From the sequence record SRR31156797_6279: a stretch of DNA of 34,180 bases; one strand, 5' to 3'. Of this stretch, positions 1 to 7,588 are shown one piece after another (positions within the stretch are counted from its first letter, which is position 1; every line of letters starts with the position of its first letter). Below the pieces are notes generated by a model that saw nothing but the letters and a program-made list of their open reading frames with translations, made no database searches and had not been told where the DNA came from. Made by a program: the position numbers and the translations under genes.

Positions 1-75
1 CTGAAGGCGCTCGCCTGCTAAGCGAGTATAGGGCTTAAAACTCTATCGAGGGTTCAAATCCCTCCCTCTCCGCCA
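1..75 (+). tRNA. tRNA-Ser(GCT), 5' end cut by the window edge
   Basis: Anticodon arm CTCGC-CTGCTAA-GCGAG, long variable arm, T-arm GAGGG-TTCAAAT-CCCTC, ends CCTCTCCGCCA with encoded CCA. Confidence 0.95.
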
Positions 76-86
76 CATGAAAGTCG

Positions 87-118
87 AAAGGCAGTTGGAA
101 TTATCCAGCTGCCTTTTT
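87..118 (+). terminator. Intrinsic terminator after tRNA-Ser(GCT)
   Basis: AAAGGCAGTTGGA / TCCAGCTGCCTTT stem followed by a T tract. Confidence 0.8.
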
Positions 119-256
119 GCTTTGGTTTTCAATTCTTTGGAACGACCCTGTAATTTATCCGTGAGTGCAAGGTTGCTAATTCCCTGCTTTTCTTGTTAAG
201 AATGAATCTCAGTTTGCGGTTTGAACTTTATATATTAGATTCTTTTCAGGTGCTTG

Positions 257-913
257 ATGCTAAACATGGTTACAGTTATTATTGCCGATGATCATGCGCT
301 GGTCAGGGAAGGGCTAAAGACAATACTTAAGTCTCAATCGGGAATAAGTGTGCTCGGTATGGCTGAGAACGGTGAAGAGGCGGTACGCCTTTGCAGGCGT
401 TTGAATCCGGATGTGGCACTCATGGATCTTTCCATGCCCGTTAAGAGCGGTGTGCAGGCCATTCAGGAGCTTGCTGGTGAAGGTAAGACAAAGTTTCTGG
501 CCCTTACTGCTCATGTTGAGCCTGATCACATTTTTTCTGCCCTTGATGCCGGAGCTAGCGGCTATGTGCTCAAGACCTCATCCAGTAAGGAACTGGTCAT
601 GGCCATTGAAACGGTCATGGAAGGCAAAGTCTATCTTGCCCCTGATATTTCAGCAGAAGTGGCTAAGGGATTTCTGCAACGGGAACGCAGTAACAGTTGC
701 GACAGTCTTGATTCCCTTACCGAGCGTGAGCGTGAGGTATTGAAGCAGGTTCTTGCCGGTTATAAAAATCGTGAAATTGCCGATCTGCTGGTTATCAGCA
801 TCAAAACTGTTGAAAAGCACCGTTCCAACTTCATGAAGAAGCTCGGCCTGCGTTCCAAGACTGAACTGAAGGCTTACGGCGAGGAGCTTAAAGGGAAGGG
901 TATCTACCTTTAA
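257..913 (+). CDS. NarL/FixJ-family response regulator (REC + LuxR HTH); start could be 254, 257 or 266
   Basis: IADDHALVREG, phosphoacceptor LMDLSMP, GYVLK; C-terminal LTEREREVL..GYKNREIA..ISIKTVEKHR. Confidence 0.95.
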   Translation: MLNMVTVIIADDHALVREGLKTILKSQSGISVLGMAENGEEAVRLCRRLNPDVALMDLSMPVKSGVQAIQELAGEGKTKFLALTAHVEPDHIFSALDAGASGYVLKTSSSKELVMAIETVMEGKVYLAPDISAEVAKGFLQRERSNSCDSLDSLTEREREVLKQVLAGYKNREIADLLVISIKTVEKHRSNFMKKLGLRSKTELKAYGEELKGKGIYL

Positions 914-1033
914 GAAAGTAGATACGGGCAGATGGAGAAGCCCGAAAATTAAGCTTTGCATTGCGTCGGTAAAATCCAAATGGTAGCCGCGTATTTACAA
1001 CACAAATTTCTACGTATTATATACAAAAAAAGG

Positions 1034-1062
1034 TTGACATCTGAGGCAAGTTCGGGAAAATT
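1034..1062 (+). promoter_or_regulatory. Probable sigma70 promoter of tRNA-Ser(TGA)
   Basis: Perfect TTGACA at 1034 after an A-tract (UP-like); the -10 element is weak. Confidence 0.5.
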
Positions 1063-1077
1063 CTTTTCTCACGTTTT

Positions 1078-1169
1078 GGAGAGGTGGCAGAGTCCGGTTG
1101 AACGCGGTAGTCTTGAAAACTATTGAGGGTGCGAGCCCTCCGGGGGTTCGAATCCCTCCCTCTCCGCCA
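1078..1169 (+). tRNA. tRNA-Ser(TGA)
   Basis: Acceptor GGAGAGG/CCTCTCC-GCCA, anticodon arm GTAGT-CTTGAAA-ACTAT, long variable arm GAGGGT-GCGA-GCCCTC, GTTCGAATC T-loop. Confidence 0.97.
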
Positions 1170-1179
1170 GAATGTTATG

Positions 1180-1210
1180 AGGCCCTGACTGAAAAGTCAG
1201 GGCCTTTTTT
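1180..1210. terminator. Intrinsic terminator between the tRNA and the convergent PP2C gene
   Basis: AGGCCCTGACT-GAAA-AGTCAGGGCCT followed by a T tract. Confidence 0.88.
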
Positions 1211-1218
1211 ATTGTGAT

Positions 1219-3231
1219 CTACCCCTTCCGCACTTCAACAATAGTCGTATCATCATTCTGCTCAATGCCGTTTCGCCAGTCACTGACTGCTTTGGCTAAC
1301 CGTTCTCCCCTTGATTCTGGGGTGCCGTTAAGTAGCGTTTCAAGCACCCGTTCATCCCCGAATAGATTCTTTTCGCTGTCTTCGGCTTCGGTTACTCCGT
1401 CGCTCATCATGATGCAGGATTCCCCGGGCAGCAGGATGGTTTCCGCGAGTTCATATTGCGTGTCATCCATTATGCCCAGCGGTAAACCTGTTTGGCCTTT
1501 TATTTTTCTCTTTCCTTCTGTGCCTATAATCAGCGGCGGCATATGTCCGGCATTTACCCATTGTAGCAGTCCCGAATCCGGGAAATAGCGCAGGATGAAA
1601 ATTGTTACGAAGTTGCTGTCCCTCTCAAGGAAGGGGAAAAGGTCTTTATTTGCTTCGGAAAGTAGTTCGTCAGGGCTTTTGTGTTTTGTTGCATGGGAGC
1701 GAATCTGGGTCCATGCTGAGGCCATGACCAATGCGGCAGGAAGTCCTTTGCCTGAGACATCTGCGAGATAAATTATCCATGATCCGTCTTCCAGATCGAT
1801 AATATCGTAGAAGTCTCCGCCTACGAACAGGGCAGGACTGCAATATGCGTAGAGTGAGTCTCCATTGCCCAGATTCGGGTTTTCGGGCCAGAAGTGGGAT
1901 TGGATTCGGGCTGCGGCATCAAGTTGCACTTGCAGCTTTTCCTTTTCCAGGCGCTGCTGCTCGTTCTCGGCATAAAGCAATAGTGATTTCAAGCCCAGCG
2001 TGACCAGAAAAGTACTTACAGCAAGATAGATGATTCCGCTCAGATTAAGCATGATTCCGGTGGTTACAAATAGTACTGCATTTCCGGCAGCATAACTGAT
2101 GATCAAAAGGGCAGAGGCGATGACAAATCTGCGCGGCCCAAATCGAACAGCCAGCAGGCAGATAAGTCCCACCATGACTATTGCGCTGAGCAGAACGCTC
2201 CATTGCGGCGCATTGCGAATAAACTTTTGTTGCAGGATGGTATTTACTGCGTTGGAGTGAATCGTGACCAGCGGTTCTGCGTTGGCAATAGGGGTTGGGC
2301 CGATGTCTGTGCTGCCTGAAGATGTCAGGCCTATAAAGACTGTCTTGCCCTTGATGATGTTACGTAAGTCTGCTTCAGCTTCTTTGTCGCCGGAAGCTGC
2401 AATCACGTCGTGGAATGACAACCGGGTGAAACCCTGCCCCCAGCTTCCTGCAAAGTTCACAGCCATGTGGCCTTTTCGATCCAGTGGAATATTTATGTTT
2501 CTCCCGTTTTTGTCGGCAAGTTCCAGATAATCTTCCGTCCACTTGGCATAGTTGATCTCTAGAATTTCCATAGCCGTGCGCAGATCAATGGATGGCAGTG
2601 GGGCACCGCTTAACCCGATAAGCAATGGGATACGGCGCAGGACTCCGTCAGCATCAGGGGAGGCTGAAATATGACCGATGCCCAAAGCGCTGTTAGCAAG
2701 GGCCGGCAGGGGCATGAACGTTCTCTCTGCCTGTTTAATCTCCTTAAGCGGTGGTATAGGGCTGTCCAGTAGAGATTTATTTAGGGCTGTTTTATATTCA
2801 GGAAGGGGCAGTATGACTGTTTCCGGATCGCTGACCAGACTGAATCCGGCGGGAAGCAGTACTTGGCCCTGCCGGACAGCTTGTATAAGTCGGGCATCTC
2901 CTTTTTTATTACCCTGACCGTGGAAAACAATGTCATAGACAATCAGTTTTGCATTGCAGCGGGTCAGTGTTTCAATAGTCTGCCCGTGTATTCCCCGGTC
3001 CCACGGCCATTTTCCCAGTTCTTTGAGGCTAGCGTCATCAATATTGAGCAGTACAATTTCGCTTGATGCCGGAATGTTTCCCGCAAGTCTGATTCTCATA
3101 TCGTAAAGAGTGGATTCCATACGATTGAAAAAAGTCGGGAGCAGAACCAGCGCGGAAATCAACAGTATGAAAATGAGGACCGCGATGCTCGAGACTCTGA
3201 AAATGAACTGTGACCTTGGGTACTTATTCAT
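1219..3231 (-). CDS. CHASE2 sensor domain + SpoIIE/PP2C (RsbU-like) phosphatase, membrane protein
   Basis: CHASE2 motifs IDDASL..LGKWPWDR, YDIVF, DADGVLRR, IHSNAVNTIL; three TM helices; PP2C motifs VGGDFYD, ADVSGKG, NAGHMPP, SDGVTEA, QNDDTT. Confidence 0.93.
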   Translation of the reverse strand: MNKYPRSQFIFRVSSIAVLIFILLISALVLLPTFFNRMESTLYDMRIRLAGNIPASSEIVLLNIDDASLKELGKWPWDRGIHGQTIETLTRCNAKLIVYDIVFHGQGNKKGDARLIQAVRQGQVLLPAGFSLVSDPETVILPLPEYKTALNKSLLDSPIPPLKEIKQAERTFMPLPALANSALGIGHISASPDADGVLRRIPLLIGLSGAPLPSIDLRTAMEILEINYAKWTEDYLELADKNGRNINIPLDRKGHMAVNFAGSWGQGFTRLSFHDVIAASGDKEAEADLRNIIKGKTVFIGLTSSGSTDIGPTPIANAEPLVTIHSNAVNTILQQKFIRNAPQWSVLLSAIVMVGLICLLAVRFGPRRFVIASALLIISYAAGNAVLFVTTGIMLNLSGIIYLAVSTFLVTLGLKSLLLYAENEQQRLEKEKLQVQLDAAARIQSHFWPENPNLGNGDSLYAYCSPALFVGGDFYDIIDLEDGSWIIYLADVSGKGLPAALVMASAWTQIRSHATKHKSPDELLSEANKDLFPFLERDSNFVTIFILRYFPDSGLLQWVNAGHMPPLIIGTEGKRKIKGQTGLPLGIMDDTQYELAETILLPGESCIMMSDGVTEAEDSEKNLFGDERVLETLLNGTPESRGERLAKAVSDWRNGIEQNDDTTIVEVRKG

Positions 3232-3239
3232 ATAACTGC

Positions 3240-3821
3240 CTATTCTGGAACATCTTTCTTAACTTTTACATCTCGTCCGGCTGATCCGGTCATATCAATG
3301 GGAGCCAGTGGATCCGATTTGCGGAAACGACCTCTTTCTCCTTTGGAGAATGTTTCCAGTTTCCATATAGTTTTAGATGTCTTAGGCAATAGTCTGTCAG
3401 CTTCTTTTTCACCTCCGGGGATGATGAATAAGCCTCCATCTATTTTTTCACCGGCTATAGATGGAAGTTTTGCAAAGCTGGCGTAGAGGATAATTTGTTC
3501 TTTGCCGAACGGTTCGGATATGTATAGGCCCCGGTTTTCTCCGGCAGCTGGAGTTCGGTATATTTTACCGCCTAACACCTTCCCATCAATCTTGGTTCCG
3601 GATGGGATGATCCTGATTGTTTCGCCTGATGCTGTTACGTAGAGCAGAAGGACATTACAGTTTTGCTCCGGGGTGAGGATGATGTTCAGTTCTTCTCCTT
3701 CGACATATTCCGATTTATCGGTTCTAAGATTAACTTTCGGTTTGCCTGCAAATGCTGAAGCAGTGAGCGTCGCTGAAATCAAGCACGTAATTGCGATAAT
3801 GAATATGTGTCTATCAAACAT
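3240..3821 (-). CDS. Exported DUF4384-like protein
   Basis: Signal peptide ending ASAFA; TDKSEYVEGEEL, LLYVTASGETIRIIP and EPFGKEQI patterns typical of DUF4384. Confidence 0.7.
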   Translation of the reverse strand: MFDRHIFIIAITCLISATLTASAFAGKPKVNLRTDKSEYVEGEELNIILTPEQNCNVLLLYVTASGETIRIIPSGTKIDGKVLGGKIYRTPAAGENRGLYISEPFGKEQIILYASFAKLPSIAGEKIDGGLFIIPGGEKEADRLLPKTSKTIWKLETFSKGERGRFRKSDPLAPIDMTGSAGRDVKVKKDVPE

Positions 3822-3845
3822 AACATTTACTCCCTGCTGAAGTTA

Positions 3846-6233
3846 TTATTGTCCATAATACACGAAAGGCGCCCAATAGTAAGGCATTCTCATTCTTTCA
3901 CCGAACCTGCCTTCAATGAACTCCCTTTTGGTGGCGGACAGTGCTTGCTCAAAACCGCTGCCTTTATCTACCTTGCTATACATGTCTGTCATGAAATCTA
4001 CGGCTGAACGGTCTGATACGTTCCATAGGGAAACGGACATGGCTCCCGCTCCGGCAGTGATAAAGGCGTGGGTCAGCCCAACCACCCCTTCGCCACGGAC
4101 CAGTGCTCCTAGTCCTGTTTCACATGCGGACAGATTAACAAATTCAGCTCCGATATTCAGTTTGCGGATTTCCGCAGCATTAAGAAATCCATCATTTGAG
4201 TCATTTTTTTCTGTGCGGGAAAGTACCAGTGCGGATAGTTCCGGGCGTGTGGGAACCGCTATGCCGTGTACTGCAAAATGTATTATCCCGGCTTTATTAA
4301 GTGCTCCCCTGGAGGAAAGACTGCGTAGCTTCTTTTCGTTGACATCACTGCCCCTGATCAATGTGGATTGTTTGAAAATGGAAGCAATTATTTCAATTTC
4401 ATCAGCGGTGCCGGGCAGGTCGGAAAAGCGATCCAATTCAAGGCATGAATAGGCAAAATGAAGTGATTGTCGGTTCTTGAAAGCAAGAGCTATTCTTTCA
4501 TCCAGCTCCTCTTCTTCACACACATTTTTTGTTGGAGATGATGGATTGTACTTTTCATATTCAGCTCCGCCCAGCGCAATAATGGAAAGATCTTTGCGGT
4601 CTCTTTTCCTTTCCTTCAGAACCTTAAGGATAGCCGCTGACTGCACATAGCCGATTTCGAAATCCTGAACTAAGAAATTTCCTGAAGCCTCCTGCAATGT
4701 TTCAAAAGGAATTAAAGCCAGCGGTCCGTCAGGTATAATTATTAGGCGCTGCTTGCCGGATATTATTTGTGCTGCTCCGTCAAGGAGCATACGGTACAGT
4801 TCTTTCGCCAGAATTATGCGATTCTGCCCATGTTTATCCGTCGGATCAGACAGGAAAGTGCGATACCGGGTAACAGCTTCCATAATGTTCTTAATCGGTG
4901 GAAGTTTCTCAACCTTTTTTTTGTGTGATGATTTGAAGCCCCGTTCTCCTGTTGTTTTGGGGGGGAGTTGTGCTGTCATAACGGGGTGGAATTGGTTTAC
5001 CGCTTTTGTGAAGTCTTTGAAACGCAGTCTTTTTACTAGAGAATTATCCCGATCCATTGCCAGTAATCTCAGGCGGTTCTTCCCCGTTACACTGAACATG
5101 AGTATGGCGCTTTGATCTGGAATTATTTTCTGAAATTCAGGCAGTGAAAGAGGTCCCTCAGGATCACTGCCACCAATGTTTTCGGAAAGCTGACGAGCTC
5201 GGCTCATTTCAAAGGTTTTAAAGAATCCGAGTGCATCTTTGCGGGCGGAGTAAGCATCAATAAGCCTGTTGTATGAATTAATCTGGCTGGCGAGATAGGT
5301 GCGTTTGCGCCTTCCCTGAGCTTTTTCCCGCAACTGGTTTTTGATCCCTACTGCTTTGTTCAGGAAGTCGATGGCAGGAATAGGGTCCTCTTTATCATAA
5401 GCAATGACTCCTAAAAGGTGCAGATTATCAGCTATGTTTTTTTTTCGGCCTAGTCTGGTATTGATGGCAAGGGCACGCTCTACGTCATTTTGAGCCTGAT
5501 CCAGATTTTGTCGTTCAATATTGATTTTGGCTATGTCTGCGATGTTTTCAGCAACAATACCTTCGTTTCCAAGTTTTTCGTTTATTTTCATTCCTTGGAG
5601 AAAGGCATGCTCGGCTTTGTCGAGTAGTTTCCTTTTCAGGTAGACTTTGCCCAGTTTATTCCAGGTTTTGGCCTGCAGCTTGATAGATGAGCCGGCCTTA
5701 GCAAATTCAAGGGCTTTGAGCATATATCTTTCAGCTTCAGCATGTTCTTTTCCTTTAAGGTAAAATATGGAAAGAGCCGTATTAAGAATGGTCAGATTTC
5801 TTGTGTCCTTGCTGTCTTTCAGTAAATGCTCAGCTGTTTTCAGGTGCTTTTTGACAGCCTTACGGTCTCCCCATTTTCCTGATATTTCCGCCAGACGCAT
5901 ACAGATCATTCCCGCAAGATCATTTGCGCTTATTTTTTCAGCCAGTTTCAAAGCTTTTAGATAGTATTTTTCGGCAAGGTCATAGTGGGCTTGCGATTTA
6001 TATGCGGTGCCGAGTCCTGCATAGCATTGGAAAAGCGGGCGGGCACTTTTGCGCCGGGGAATTTGTTTCAGTGCTTTTGAATATGCTTTGATGGCGCATT
6101 CATAGTTTTCTTGTTGAAGACAAGACTTTCCCTTCTTTATGGCCTTTACCCAGTCCGGTTTTTTGGCAGCAGAGTGGCTGGGGCAAAGAAGTATTGCCAG
6201 AAGTATAATATTGAGCAGACAGTAGTTTCTCAT
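3846..6233 (-). CDS. Exported TPR-repeat + CHAT (caspase-fold) protease
   Basis: Signal peptide; several TPR repeats; CHAT motifs IIPDGPLALIPFETL, LPGTADE, HFAVHG (catalytic His), LSACETG (catalytic Cys), VSLWNVSD, PYYWAPF. Confidence 0.93.
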   Translation of the reverse strand: MRNYCLLNIILLAILLCPSHSAAKKPDWVKAIKKGKSCLQQENYECAIKAYSKALKQIPRRKSARPLFQCYAGLGTAYKSQAHYDLAEKYYLKALKLAEKISANDLAGMICMRLAEISGKWGDRKAVKKHLKTAEHLLKDSKDTRNLTILNTALSIFYLKGKEHAEAERYMLKALEFAKAGSSIKLQAKTWNKLGKVYLKRKLLDKAEHAFLQGMKINEKLGNEGIVAENIADIAKINIERQNLDQAQNDVERALAINTRLGRKKNIADNLHLLGVIAYDKEDPIPAIDFLNKAVGIKNQLREKAQGRRKRTYLASQINSYNRLIDAYSARKDALGFFKTFEMSRARQLSENIGGSDPEGPLSLPEFQKIIPDQSAILMFSVTGKNRLRLLAMDRDNSLVKRLRFKDFTKAVNQFHPVMTAQLPPKTTGERGFKSSHKKKVEKLPPIKNIMEAVTRYRTFLSDPTDKHGQNRIILAKELYRMLLDGAAQIISGKQRLIIIPDGPLALIPFETLQEASGNFLVQDFEIGYVQSAAILKVLKERKRDRKDLSIIALGGAEYEKYNPSSPTKNVCEEEELDERIALAFKNRQSLHFAYSCLELDRFSDLPGTADEIEIIASIFKQSTLIRGSDVNEKKLRSLSSRGALNKAGIIHFAVHGIAVPTRPELSALVLSRTEKNDSNDGFLNAAEIRKLNIGAEFVNLSACETGLGALVRGEGVVGLTHAFITAGAGAMSVSLWNVSDRSAVDFMTDMYSKVDKGSGFEQALSATKREFIEGRFGERMRMPYYWAPFVYYGQ

Positions 6234-6379
6234 CCTTATATTTCAACATAAGAGTTGTTTTTTTACAATGTAGCTGATGAAAGAATTGTATAAGACTGCC
6301 ATCTATACCCAATATCTGCTATCATCCCTTAGCCTGCCCTGATTTTCCGGGGCAATAACCGAATTTCAAGGGGGGTAAG

Positions 6380-7498
6380 ATGAAGAAAATATTTAGTTTC
6401 ATTCCGTTGATCCTGTTTGCTTTGAATCTTTCTGCATGGGCAGGACCGCCATGTCCGGACTGCTGTTCCCCGGAATATGGTGATACGGTCATGGACAGTT
6501 ACCGCAAGCTGATGTTTAAGGATTCGATTTACGGAGAATTGCCTGAAGCAGGGAAGGGGATTCGTCTGGGCGTTTATCAGGCACAGGCAGATTGCGGCCC
6601 CGGTGCGTCTGTTAAGAATATGGATCGCTTGGAAAAGGTTGCCGAAATGGCAAAAAAACGTGACGTGCAGCTGCTTTCTTTTCCAGAACTATATGTGACT
6701 GGCTACACCTTAAGTCCTGAACAGGCCAAGAAAGTTGCGGAGTTCAAAGACGGCCCCAGTATCAGCCGTGCCCGGGCAGTTGCCAAGAAGTTGAATATGG
6801 CTCTGATCGTTCCTTATGCAGAAAAGGCAAAGACCAAGGCGGGCATGCAATATTTTGATTCCATTGCTATTATCAACGAGCGAGGGGGTCTTTTGGACAG
6901 CTACCGTAAGGTGCAGCTCTATGCCGGACAGGAACGAGCTAACTGGTCATTCGGAGAGACTCCGCCCAAAATGTTCAAAGTTTTCGGATTCCCGGTGGGT
7001 GTGCTGAACTGTTATGAAAATGAATTTCCGGAGCTGGTGCGTTCTCTTGCCCTGCAGGGTGCTAAGCTTATTGTTGGCCCAACGGCAGCGGATTGTTACT
7101 ACACCATGCCTAACGGCAAGCGCAGTGCGGTTCCATATCCTGATGTTTCAACTCTGCTCCTGCCCGCTTTCGCTTATGCTAATGATATTTTTTATGCTTA
7201 TAGCAACCGGGCCGGATACGAGAAGCGGGAAACCGGAGAATGGCATTACCGCGGCAACAGTATAATTATCGGTCCTCACGGGGATATCATTGTCAAGGCA
7301 GGACACCAGCAGGATACCATGCTTATTGCAGATATTGTCCCTGAGTACTATGGGCCGACCCACCCTGAGCAGGATTACTACTATCTGAAAGACCGCAGGC
7401 CTGATCTTTACAAAGAACTATTGAAAACAAAGGTTGATTTTCGAGAGGGCGGATTTGAGTACCCTCTCCACAAGGACGGCAAGGAAATTTCGCGTTAG
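6380..7498 (+). CDS. Carbon-nitrogen hydrolase (nitrilase superfamily, amidase-like) with signal peptide
   Basis: Glu-Lys-Cys triad motifs FPELY, YRKVQL, LNCYENEFPE; NRAG, GNSIIIGPHG, DRRPDLY; RBS AAGGGGG. Confidence 0.9.
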   Translation: MKKIFSFIPLILFALNLSAWAGPPCPDCCSPEYGDTVMDSYRKLMFKDSIYGELPEAGKGIRLGVYQAQADCGPGASVKNMDRLEKVAEMAKKRDVQLLSFPELYVTGYTLSPEQAKKVAEFKDGPSISRARAVAKKLNMALIVPYAEKAKTKAGMQYFDSIAIINERGGLLDSYRKVQLYAGQERANWSFGETPPKMFKVFGFPVGVLNCYENEFPELVRSLALQGAKLIVGPTAADCYYTMPNGKRSAVPYPDVSTLLLPAFAYANDIFYAYSNRAGYEKRETGEWHYRGNSIIIGPHGDIIVKAGHQQDTMLIADIVPEYYGPTHPEQDYYYLKDRRPDLYKELLKTKVDFREGGFEYPLHKDGKEISR

Positions 7499-7516
7499 AG
7501 TCGTTTGAATATGAAA

Positions 7517-7548
7517 ATCCCGGATCAGCGTTAATGATGATCCGGGAT
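7517..7548. terminator. Hairpin between convergent genes, probable terminator
   Basis: ATCCCGGATCA-N10-TGATCCGGGAT inverted repeat. Confidence 0.65.
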
Positions 7549-7588
7549 GATTGTTTTGTTTGCATTGCCCATGGTGGGTTTTAATATT

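Noticed and set aside
137-155. sigma54-like TTGGAACG upstream of the response regulator
   Set aside because: No GC at the -12 position
1078-1169. tRNA as a possible tRNA-Sec matching the selenoprotein
   Set aside because: The anticodon is TGA (reads UCA, Ser), not TCA, and the acceptor stem is a normal 7 bp
3846-6233. TPR-CHAT as a CRISPR type III-E (Craspase) component
   Set aside because: No cas genes or array in the window, and the protein has a signal peptide
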